Shown: positions 39,749-48,231 of the stretch, piece by piece
Position numbering within the stretch: the stretch's first letter is position 1
Layout: the number at the start of each line of letters is the position of its first letter
NCBI GenBank assembly: GCA_043816005.1
Contig: JBDRIM010000073.1
Span: forward strand, 1-49,113
DNA: 49,113 nt
Source of the DNA: Candidatus Micrarchaeota archaeon
Lineage (GTDB): Archaea > Micrarchaeota > Micrarchaeia > Anstonellales > Bilamarchaeaceae
Reading direction: 5' to 3'
Made by a program: the position numbers and the translations under genes
Notes under the pieces: model-generated
Database searches by the model: none
What the model saw: only the letters and a program-made list of their open reading frames with translations
What the model was told of the DNA's origin: nothing

Positions 39749-40654
39749 ATGAACTTAGTAGTCACTGGCGGTGCAGGTTTTATCGGTTCACATATTGTTG
39801 ACCAATTGATTAGTGATGGACACACTGTTACTGTTATTGATAATCTTAGTGCTGGAAAACAGGAAAATATTAATGAAAAAGCAAATTTTGTGAAAAAAGA
39901 TATCAGACAGGACCTTGTCAATGAGTTTAAGGATGTTGAAGCAGTTTTTCATTTTGCAGCAGATCCAGAAGTCAAATCAAGTGCAGTTAATCCCACAAAA
40001 AGTTTTGATTCAAACGTCGTAGGTACTTTGAATATACTCGAATGTTGCAGAAAAGCCGATGTGAAAAATGTAATTTTAGCATCAACATCAACAGTTTATG
40101 GCGATGCAAAAGAAATCCCCACTCCTGAAGATCACATAACATTCCCAATAAGTAATTATGGTGCCAGTAAACTTGCATGCGAAGCCTATCTTTCATCTTA
40201 TTCTGGTTCATATGGCATAAAAGGAACTTCACTTCGATATGCTAATATATTCGGTGAAAGAAGCAACCATGGCGTTATGTTTGATTTCTATAACAAACTC
40301 AAAGAGAACCAAAATGAACTGGAGATTTTAGGTGATGGAAAACAAGACAAATCCTATCTTTATGTTTCTGATTGCGTAGCTGGTAGTTTGATGGCATGGA
40401 AAAAGCAAAAAAAATCTTATGATGTTTTTAATGTCGGTAGTATGGATAAAATTACTGTTAATCATCTTGCAAAACTGGTTTGTAAAAATATTGGTACCGA
40501 CCCTCTTTTCAAGTATACTGGGACAAAAAGAGGTTGGACTGGTGACGTACCAATAATGCTTCTTGATATTTCCAAACTTGAAAAATTAGGGTGGAAAACA
40601 AAAACTAGTTTTGAAGACGGGGTTAAACACTATATTGAATGGTTAAAAAAATAA
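39749..40654 (+). CDS. NAD-dependent sugar epimerase/dehydratase
   Basis: GGAGFIG, STSTVYG, YGASK, RYANIFG. Confidence 0.92.
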   Translation: MNLVVTGGAGFIGSHIVDQLISDGHTVTVIDNLSAGKQENINEKANFVKKDIRQDLVNEFKDVEAVFHFAADPEVKSSAVNPTKSFDSNVVGTLNILECCRKADVKNVILASTSTVYGDAKEIPTPEDHITFPISNYGASKLACEAYLSSYSGSYGIKGTSLRYANIFGERSNHGVMFDFYNKLKENQNELEILGDGKQDKSYLYVSDCVAGSLMAWKKQKKSYDVFNVGSMDKITVNHLAKLVCKNIGTDPLFKYTGTKRGWTGDVPIMLLDISKLEKLGWKTKTSFEDGVKHYIEWLKK

Positions 40655-40860
40655 ATAACAAAAAACCATCTCGAGGTGGTTCGGTTGTGAGATGTCTAGA
40701 ATCAGTATTCCTTAGTGAACTGTTATTCTTTTGTCCAGATCTCTCACATTCCAAATCTGATTTTTTGTTGATCGATTATTTTTGTTTGTTCGATTTTGTG
40801 AGTGTTTGATTGTGGGTTTGTTTTGTAATTTGTTGTTTTACCATCTAAAAAAATAAAAAA

Positions 40861-41826
40861 TTAATCGCCTAATCCTTTTGGAGTTACGCGAAATACTGCT
40901 TCACCTTCAGGCAGGTTTGGAGAATCAACCAATCTTGCAATCCTCTTGTCTTCCTTGCTTTTTCTGACGTACAATCTGTAAGTAGACATATGCGCAAGCA
41001 CATGCCCACCAATTGGAGTTGTAGGATCACCAAACAAGATACCTGGATTGTCCATAACCTGATTTGTTACATAAATTGCAAGATTATACTTTTCAGATAA
41101 TTTTTGCAAAGTATGAACATGTTTATTCAGTTTTTGCTGTCGTTCACTCAAAGCCCCACGTCCGATGTAATCAGATCTAAATTGAGAGGTTAAAGAATCA
41201 ACAACAATCAGTCGTATATTATTCTTTTCTATGACTTCCTCTGCCTTTTCAAGAAGAATTATCTGATGATCACTGTTCTCAGCTCTTGCAATATGGATAT
41301 TTTTCAAAACTTCTTTTGAATCCATACCTTGCGATTCAGCCATCTGTACTATCCTGTCTGGTCTAAATGTGGCTTCAGAATCTACAAATAACACAGCACC
41401 TCCCAATCCTCCTTCGTCTACTGGTCTTTGAACATTCACGGCAAGTTGGAACCCAAGCTGACTTTTTCCACTTGAGAATTTTCCATACATTTCTGTGATG
41501 GCCATTGTTTCTACTCCCCCACCTAGTAATTCATCAAGCGCCTCTGAACTTGTTTTTATCTTACCTATATTCTTTCTTCTTTCAAAGATTACATCTGCGG
41601 TTTCAAAACCAATTTCCACCATGGTTTTTGCTGCTTCAATTGCTTTTTTTGCAGATTCAACTCCCATACCGCCAACTTCAGCAAGTTCATGCGGATTGGT
41701 TGTTGCAATTGCAGAAAATTCACCATAACCTCCTGCTCGAAGTTTTTCTGCAGTTACCTCTCCTATTCCTGGTAAATCTTCCAGATCCTTGTAATATTTT
41801 TTCTTTTTTTCTTTTTCTTCTGCCAT
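40861..41826 (-). CDS. radA: DNA recombinase RadA
   Basis: HhH LPGIG, GKFSSGKSQ, FRPDRI, ERQQKL, PIGGHVLAH, DSPNLPE. Confidence 0.97.
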   Translation of the reverse strand: MAEEKEKKKKYYKDLEDLPGIGEVTAEKLRAGGYGEFSAIATTNPHELAEVGGMGVESAKKAIEAAKTMVEIGFETADVIFERRKNIGKIKTSSEALDELLGGGVETMAITEMYGKFSSGKSQLGFQLAVNVQRPVDEGGLGGAVLFVDSEATFRPDRIVQMAESQGMDSKEVLKNIHIARAENSDHQIILLEKAEEVIEKNNIRLIVVDSLTSQFRSDYIGRGALSERQQKLNKHVHTLQKLSEKYNLAIYVTNQVMDNPGILFGDPTTPIGGHVLAHMSTYRLYVRKSKEDKRIARLVDSPNLPEGEAVFRVTPKGLGD

Positions 41827-41855
41827 AAAAAAATCACCATTTTTTTATTATTGTT

Positions 41856-41936
41856 GAGAATACTCTGTATTCTCGACTGTCATGGAGCATAGCTCCATAA
41901 CATGAACGGCACGCCGTTCAATGCCATATTCGTCGC
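41856..41936. repeat. Three tandem hairpins between the DUF736-like gene and radA
   Basis: gagaatac/gtattctc, atggagc/gctccat, tgaacggc/gccgttca. Confidence 0.8.
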
Positions 41937-41938
41937 CT

Positions 41939-42196
41939 CTACTTCTTATCATTTGGGAATACAAGCAATTTCAATTGCCCGATTCTTAACGTATAAAATG
42001 TTTTTCCGTTCTTAGAAATGTTTTTCCACATTCCACCCACGTTACTGTAAACAACATTTCCTTCCCTATCCTTATCAGTCTGGACTATCCTGAAATCTGG
42101 TCTGTTACCAGCACCAGTGCTTGGCCCACTATCTGGAGGTTTTGATTCAACTTCTTCAAAACCTTCCTCATCTAATTTTTCTTCAACTGTTTTCAT
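41939..42196 (-). CDS. Small DUF736-like protein
   Basis: RPDFRI...VGGMWKNISKNGKTFYTL resembles the DUF736 pattern (recalled, not searched). Confidence 0.6.
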   Translation of the reverse strand: MKTVEEKLDEEGFEEVESKPPDSGPSTGAGNRPDFRIVQTDKDREGNVVYSNVGGMWKNISKNGKTFYTLRIGQLKLLVFPNDKK

Positions 42197-42278
42197 TTTT
42201 ATCCCCCATATGTATATACTTATATTATATGTATATACTAATGAGATTTTATTTTCTTTATTTAAATAGTTTCTGGGG

Positions 42279-42482
42279 GGTCATTTCCGCGCGCGCTTTT
42301 TAGTAAAACAATCGTGAACGCATGCGTTCACGGTGCGTCTGGAACGAAACATCGTTTCAAACGAAGCGCGGCAAAACGTGTTGATTAAAGTGAAAAAAAG
42401 CTGCGCAAAAACGTGTTTGCTAGGTGGAAAAAGTTGGACCAAAAATAGTTTTGCTAATAACTACGAGCGAATGCATCTGACC
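42279..42482. repeat. Composite palindrome cluster, possibly a structured RNA
   Basis: Perfect 20-bp palindrome cgtgaacgcatgcgttcacg (42313-42332); ccgcgc/gcgcgg and ggtca/tgacc closing stems. Confidence 0.6.
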
Positions 42483-42489
42483 AAAAAAA

Positions 42490-42744
42490 TTATGTTGGTT
42501 TAAGTAATCCAGAAGAAGTTGATTGAATTATTACTGCAGCACCTGCAACAGCCGCGACTATCAATCCGCCTACAAACATACTTATGGCTGCAGTTTGCCA
42601 TTTACCTCTAACTTCTGCCGGTTGTGTTTGTGCCAGTCCGTAGGTAATACCACCAAGTACTATTAGTATAATTGAGATTATTGGTGCTATTGTAGTAAGA
42701 AATTCTGATATTCCAGCAGCAACTATCTCTGCGCCTATTGCCAT
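42490..42744 (-). CDS. TrbC/VirB2-like pilin
   Basis: 84 aa; two hydrophobic helices separated by a short charged loop (EVRGKW). Confidence 0.55.
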   Translation of the reverse strand: MAIGAEIVAAGISEFLTTIAPIISIILIVLGGITYGLAQTQPAEVRGKWQTAAISMFVGGLIVAAVAGAAVIIQSTSSGLLKPT

Positions 42745-42841
42745 TGAAAATCTATGGCATGTTAAGGATTAAAAAGCCACTGTCATTTTGCGGTTATATT
42801 ATTATCCATTTTTAAATACTTGTTACAACATTCTTTTTCAT

Positions 42842-44419
42842 ATGAATCGAGCTAACCTTACTCTCAGTAAACCACCTCTGGCAAAACAAAATCCAGATGT
42901 GATTCCACATACGAGAGATAATTTATTTCGTATGCTCCAACCTACTTATGATTTCATAACTACTGGTGTAAGCTCTCCTGATACTCTAGGCCATAGATTT
43001 CATATGAGAATTGTTCGTTGTTCTTCTTATGTCCGTGATGAGGCATCATATCCATTTGAGAGATATGCACTTCCTTATCCATCTCTACGGTTATGGGGTG
43101 CACAGACCCATAAAGAAACTTACTACTCCACCGATGGCATCCCACGTTTTGTTTCTTTTGATTATTCTGATACTCCTAGAGTTAGAACTAAAGTTTCGAT
43201 TAACATTGATCTTCGTGGTCATGGTCATGCATCCTGGATAACTACAACTGATAGTAAAATCGTTGCCATAAGCAGCGCTAGATTATCCGATAGTGATGTA
43301 CAAAAACTCATTGGGGCTGAAAGGGCCTACCTACAGGATTTCTACAAATTATCAGTTGATCTTCATGGGGGTACTGAATGGGATTTGCATGAGTGTGATC
43401 ATGATTGGAGAGATATTATGTTCACTCTTCTAGATGCAACTCGTGGTAATTTTAGAGAAAAATTCCAAAGAACAGTTGCGCAAACAAATGAATTATTCCC
43501 AACACCAATGTTAGTTCCACCATCTTATCCATTTTCAGTTCCAATATCCTTTACAAATGGCTGTGATCGTGTACAACGGTGTGGTATGTGCACTCTGGAT
43601 GATGTTGGTGGAAAACCTCCAACTCTTGATGAAGTTAAACGTCATATTGATGGATGGGCTCGGACACTTGGTCATCTTACAACATCTACTCAATCAGTAT
43701 TTTTAGGTAGAAATAATATTCTTGGATTGCCATTTGATTTTCTAATGAAGTGTTTAGCCCACTTAAAATCTCCTAGAACTGTGGATGTAATTACAAAAAA
43801 TATGCGACCAGAACTCAAAGAGCATGTTCATGAAAAAGTAGAACATTGGGGTAATATTGGAAGATTGTCAGCATTTGCATCAGTTAAACATGTTCTTGGT
43901 CTAAGTCAAGATGAACTTCGTAAATTGCGAGCAAATGGTCTTTCAGTTGTGTTTTTATCATTGGAAACTGGAAGTGATAGAATTCGTTCAACATTACTTG
44001 GGAAAAATTATTCTACTTCAGAAGTTATTGAGGCCACAAGAAGATTGTTGGATGCAGGTATTGCTGTAAATGTTATTACTATGTTTGGTATGGCTAAAAA
44101 TTCAAGTGAAGAACACGTTGCTGAAACAATCAAGGCATTTGAATTATTGTCTGACCTAATCCAGGGGGATCAAAATCCAAGTAGATTTAATTTACATTTT
44201 CTTTTCTCTCCATTTGATAGACAATTTTTACCACCAAGGTTAAGAGGTCATACTGATCCAAATTCGGTCTTATATGAATTAAATCAACTCGGGGTTCTTA
44301 GAACTGCTATTGGCCATGTAGCAGTAAAATTTGATTCTCATTCCGGATTGGTAATGGAACTTCCAAATAGTAATGAGATACATACATTTCCTTACCATTA
44401 TCATTCTTTATTTGTCTAA
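42842..44419 (+). CDS. Radical SAM protein with unknown N-terminal domain
   Basis: GCDRVQRCGMC cluster motif, LSLETGSD, MFG; ORF track start 42788, ATG 42842 more likely. Confidence 0.8.
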   Translation: MNRANLTLSKPPLAKQNPDVIPHTRDNLFRMLQPTYDFITTGVSSPDTLGHRFHMRIVRCSSYVRDEASYPFERYALPYPSLRLWGAQTHKETYYSTDGIPRFVSFDYSDTPRVRTKVSINIDLRGHGHASWITTTDSKIVAISSARLSDSDVQKLIGAERAYLQDFYKLSVDLHGGTEWDLHECDHDWRDIMFTLLDATRGNFREKFQRTVAQTNELFPTPMLVPPSYPFSVPISFTNGCDRVQRCGMCTLDDVGGKPPTLDEVKRHIDGWARTLGHLTTSTQSVFLGRNNILGLPFDFLMKCLAHLKSPRTVDVITKNMRPELKEHVHEKVEHWGNIGRLSAFASVKHVLGLSQDELRKLRANGLSVVFLSLETGSDRIRSTLLGKNYSTSEVIEATRRLLDAGIAVNVITMFGMAKNSSEEHVAETIKAFELLSDLIQGDQNPSRFNLHFLFSPFDRQFLPPRLRGHTDPNSVLYELNQLGVLRTAIGHVAVKFDSHSGLVMELPNSNEIHTFPYHYHSLFV

Positions 44420-45417
44420 ATTTGTTTGAGCCGCTTTACAAAATCAACAAGCCTATTCGAATAGCCAAATTCGTTATCATACCATGCAGATATTTTTATC
44501 AACTTTCCTTGTACTTTTGTTAATTTCGAATCTACAATCGCAGAATATGTTGTTCCAATAATGTCGACAGAAACAATTGGTTCATCCGTATAACTAAGAA
44601 TACCTTTCAACTCTTCATTTGATGCTCTTTTCAATTCTGCATTTATCTCATCTTTTGTTGCAGGTTCTTTCAGCAACAAACTCATATCATTCATCGATCC
44701 ATTAGGAACAGGCACACGGAATGCAACACCATCCATCTTCCCATTCATTTGCGGTAAAACCTCACCAATAGCCTTTGCAGCACCTGTGCTCGTAGGTATA
44801 ATGCTCACTGCTCCAGCCCTTGCTCTTCTCAGATCTTTGTGACTTCCATCAAGTATATTTTGATCATTTGTATATGCATGAATCGTACTCAAAAACCCAT
44901 TTTCAATTCCAAATTTCTCATCAATTACTTTTACTATTGGTGCAAGGCAATTAGTAGTGCAAGACGCCAGAGATAAAACAACCATTTCCTTAGTTAATAT
45001 GTGGTCATTTACTCCAGGTACTATTGTTGCATCAACATTTTCTCCTGGTGCAGAGATAAGAACTTTTTTTGCACCTGCTTTGATATGTTTTTCACTATCA
45101 TCTCTTCCTCTGAAAGTTCCACTACTCTCAAGAACAACATCAACTTCAAGTTCTTTCCATGGAAGTTTTAACGGGTCAGTTTCATTTATCCATTTTATCT
45201 TGTAACCGTTTACTACTAAGTGTCCATCACTTGCTTTGACTTCACCATCAAATCTACCATAAACAGAATCATATTTGAAAAGATGAACATGCTGTTCAAC
45301 TGGGCTTTTTGTGTTTATCGCAACTATATCAAATTCCTTTCCCAAGACGCCCTGTTTTATTGCAGCCTTCAAAAACGATTTACCTATTCTACCAAATCCA
45401 CTAATAGCAACTTTCAT
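44416..45417 (-). CDS. gap: Class I (bacterial-type) glyceraldehyde-3-phosphate dehydrogenase
   Basis: GFGRIG, ASCTTNCL, STGAAKA, WYDNEFGYS. Confidence 0.96.
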   Translation of the reverse strand: MKVAISGFGRIGKSFLKAAIKQGVLGKEFDIVAINTKSPVEQHVHLFKYDSVYGRFDGEVKASDGHLVVNGYKIKWINETDPLKLPWKELEVDVVLESSGTFRGRDDSEKHIKAGAKKVLISAPGENVDATIVPGVNDHILTKEMVVLSLASCTTNCLAPIVKVIDEKFGIENGFLSTIHAYTNDQNILDGSHKDLRRARAGAVSIIPTSTGAAKAIGEVLPQMNGKMDGVAFRVPVPNGSMNDMSLLLKEPATKDEINAELKRASNEELKGILSYTDEPIVSVDIIGTTYSAIVDSKLTKVQGKLIKISAWYDNEFGYSNRLVDFVKRLKQI

Positions 45418-45475
45418 CCTCTCACCCGTAATTAGTTTGAATAACTATTCAGCTTTAATCTATTAAATTTTTCGT

Positions 45476-46783
45476 TTATTGGTTAACTGTAGCAGTTATC
45501 AGTTTTTGCAGTTCACTTAAAACATCTTTTACGAATGCTGGTCTCACTGAAATTGCACCTGCTTTCGGGTGACCACCACCACCCTTTATGAAATCGCCCA
45601 TAGTTTTTTTCATATTCTCAGCTAGAATATTTGCATTCAATCCTTTCGTGACGCCAGCATCATTTATCCTCATTATAATCGAATATTCTGTATACCCTAT
45701 GCACATAAGTGGTAATTCAGTTCGTAATTTATCAAATACTCTTGTAGTAATCTTGCTTGATGATGGCCATTCTCCTTTCCTAACAATATTTTCAAGTGGA
45801 AATACGCAAATTTCAACACCATTTTCATTTATTCTTTTTGCGCCTGCTAATGCCTTTCCAGCTGCTTCTTCAATCGAATCATTTGCCTGTTGCACAATTG
45901 AAGTGAAAAGCTCCTGATTATCCATTACTTTTTTATAAAAATCAAGGTTATTTCCAAAAGAAACATGGTTGGTAAGGAAATCAAGTACCATTGCTTTTTT
46001 CGCATCATTTTCATCACTCTGCAGAATATCACTTTTATCTCCAGAACAAGCAATTTTCGCAAGCCCGCGTGCCTTTTCAACACTAAAACCACACGCAATC
46101 GCGATCTCACATGCAAGATAACCTGCAGTATATTTTGAGACATTTTCTCCGAATGCAAACGGATTTACTATTTTTTTATTTCCTTGGTTCTGGTATGGGT
46201 GGTGATCCACCACGATATATTCTATTCCAGCAGCCGTAATAAGTTCTAGTGCCTCTTTACATCCGTCACTTGAACCAAAATCCAGCAAAATTATCAGTGG
46301 TTTATTCTCTTGTCCGATTGTTGAAATATCTCTGAAAGCATCTTTCACGCCATACATAGCAGAATTTTGTTGGAATGCCTTACAGTAAATTATATTTGTA
46401 ATTGCAAAAGCACCACATACACCATCTGCATCACCGTGAAACCGTAACAAAACAGAACGGCCTAATTTTGTTGCAATATTAAGTTCAATTGCAATTTCTC
46501 TTAACTGTGGCCAGATTTTTTTTGTTATTTCGTCATTTACGAGTGTTGGGATGTTACTAATATTCAAAGTAGCTGTTACGTTATCCCTAATCTTTCCATA
46601 GATGGCTGTTGTTTTTTCTTCGTTTAAAACATGTACTTTCTTTGCAATTATCGTTCCATTATTGTCCAACTCACCTTCGATTTTTACGCATGCACCATGG
46701 GTAAGTGGTTCATCACTTTTGACAAATTGTTCTATTTTACCATCAGTAATTGTATATTCTTTTTTCCCATAATTATATCTCAT
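45476..46783 (-). CDS. RecJ-like DHH phosphoesterase
   Basis: HGDADG, LDFGS, DHH, GGGH. Confidence 0.88.
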   Translation of the reverse strand: MRYNYGKKEYTITDGKIEQFVKSDEPLTHGACVKIEGELDNNGTIIAKKVHVLNEEKTTAIYGKIRDNVTATLNISNIPTLVNDEITKKIWPQLREIAIELNIATKLGRSVLLRFHGDADGVCGAFAITNIIYCKAFQQNSAMYGVKDAFRDISTIGQENKPLIILLDFGSSDGCKEALELITAAGIEYIVVDHHPYQNQGNKKIVNPFAFGENVSKYTAGYLACEIAIACGFSVEKARGLAKIACSGDKSDILQSDENDAKKAMVLDFLTNHVSFGNNLDFYKKVMDNQELFTSIVQQANDSIEEAAGKALAGAKRINENGVEICVFPLENIVRKGEWPSSSKITTRVFDKLRTELPLMCIGYTEYSIIMRINDAGVTKGLNANILAENMKKTMGDFIKGGGGHPKAGAISVRPAFVKDVLSELQKLITATVNQ

Positions 46784-46809
46784 CTTACTAACTATCCCTT
46801 CTATCTCAA

Positions 46810-47436
46810 TCAGAATATCACCTTAATCTTATTCCCATCCTTTTTTTTCAATGATTTTTTTAAGTCGAATTGGCTGACAATTTCAATTATTTTTGGTCCA
46901 TGGTGGGTTCTTATCGGAACTATCAGTATACATTCTATTCCTTCGATTTTACATTTATAAGCAAAAAGATCTCCATATGTTCTAGTTTTATCTTTAAACC
47001 CTAAAATAACTGTTGGTTCCATCCTCAGGACATGTTGTTTTTTCCACATTTCCTCTTCATCAAGTTCGATATTAAGTGTGCCTGGAAATGGTACAAATCC
47101 AAACTTCTCTTTTATTTGTTTTTTATATCCATCAAGAGAAAGATAATATTTCCCCTCACCAAGTCCTTTTGTTATTCTTCCACTTACATCTAATTTTTCA
47201 TCTTCGAGAGCTGCTCGCAAATCCGCATAAACTGCTATAATCTCTTCTTTTGCTTTTTTTGTGAGTTCCAAACAATCATGTTTACGTTCAATTATACCAT
47301 CTTTTTCAAGCTGACAAAGTCTATGTGAAGCATTTTGCTGTGACATTCTAAGCATTTTTCCAAGTTCGGTAGTTGTTATTTTAATTGGCCTGACATAAGC
47401 TCCATGCTTTAGTAAGACCAAAATTAGCTCATCCAT
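46810..47436 (-). CDS. ribK: CTP-dependent riboflavin kinase with N-terminal HTH
   Basis: SQQNAS HTH; GLGEGKYY, PFPGTLN, PIRTHH. Confidence 0.93.
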   Translation of the reverse strand: MDELILVLLKHGAYVRPIKITTTELGKMLRMSQQNASHRLCQLEKDGIIERKHDCLELTKKAKEEIIAVYADLRAALEDEKLDVSGRITKGLGEGKYYLSLDGYKKQIKEKFGFVPFPGTLNIELDEEEMWKKQHVLRMEPTVILGFKDKTRTYGDLFAYKCKIEGIECILIVPIRTHHGPKIIEIVSQFDLKKSLKKKDGNKIKVIF

Positions 47437-47488
47437 ACCTACAAATTAGTTGGTAAGGTTTTTAATTGCCGGATTAGAATATACTTCA

Positions 47489-48076
47489 ATGAAATTTGCT
47501 GGACTTGATCTAATTATCTGCCCATCTGTTTACGAACCAGCAGAGGATTCTTTTTTACTAGCAAATGCAGCAATGAAACTAAAAGGAAAGATTCTGGAAG
47601 TTGGTTGTGGTAGTGGTATTGTTTCGTTGATATGTGCTAGAGCAGGAAATGATGTAATAGGTGTTGATGTTAATTCTGCTGCAATAAAATGTGCAAAAGA
47701 AAATGCAAAAAGAAACAAAATCAAATCTGTGAGGTTTATCAAGAGCGATCTTTTTTCAAAAGTTCCAAAAGAAAAATTTGATGCAATTCTATTCAATCCA
47801 CCCTATCTTCCAACATCTAAAGAAGAGATTATCTCTGGAGCACTCAATCTGGCATTTGATGGTGGACCTGATGGGATGGACGTTATAAAGAATTTTTTGA
47901 ATCATGTCAATGACTATCTGAAACACGGTGGTTCTTTATTTCTTGTGCAAAGTTCATTGAGCGACGAGAAATTCATAGTCAACAGGCTCCATGAAATGGG
48001 TTACAAAATAGAGTTTATTGCAGAGGAAAAGTTCTTTTTCGAGAAACTTTATCTTACCAGAGCAACAAGGCTCTAG
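47489..48076 (+). CDS. HemK/PrmC-related methyltransferase
   Basis: VYEPAEDS, EVGCGSG, FNPPYL, DGG. Confidence 0.92.
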   Translation: MKFAGLDLIICPSVYEPAEDSFLLANAAMKLKGKILEVGCGSGIVSLICARAGNDVIGVDVNSAAIKCAKENAKRNKIKSVRFIKSDLFSKVPKEKFDAILFNPPYLPTSKEEIISGALNLAFDGGPDGMDVIKNFLNHVNDYLKHGGSLFLVQSSLSDEKFIVNRLHEMGYKIEFIAEEKFFFEKLYLTRATRL

Positions 48077-48105
48077 GTTTATATCTTCTTGTTATCCTAT
48101 CATAT

Positions 48106-48163
48106 GTGGGATGATGAGCTGAACAACCTCTGATTTGTGATGAAGTCAACAGCGTCTGACCAC
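48106..48163 (+). ncRNA. Box C/D guide sRNA
   Basis: gtgg-g-ATGATGA-12 nt-CTGA-ttt-GTGATGA-12 nt-CTGA-ccac; tttatat TATA at 48078-48084. Confidence 0.92.
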
Positions 48164-48231
48164 TTTATACCTTTTTTTTATATGACCCCATAAAATAAAC
48201 CTTTTTATAACTTTTCAAACATAATTACTTT

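Noticed and set aside
3040..41826. Inteins or frameshifts in aIF5B, PyrG, FtsZ or RadA
   Set aside because: All are normal length with contiguous motifs
42279..42482. tRNA, SRP RNA or RNase P RNA
   Set aside because: No 7-bp acceptor plus T arm, no SRP helix-8 motif, no GAGGAAAGUCC-like P4 sequence
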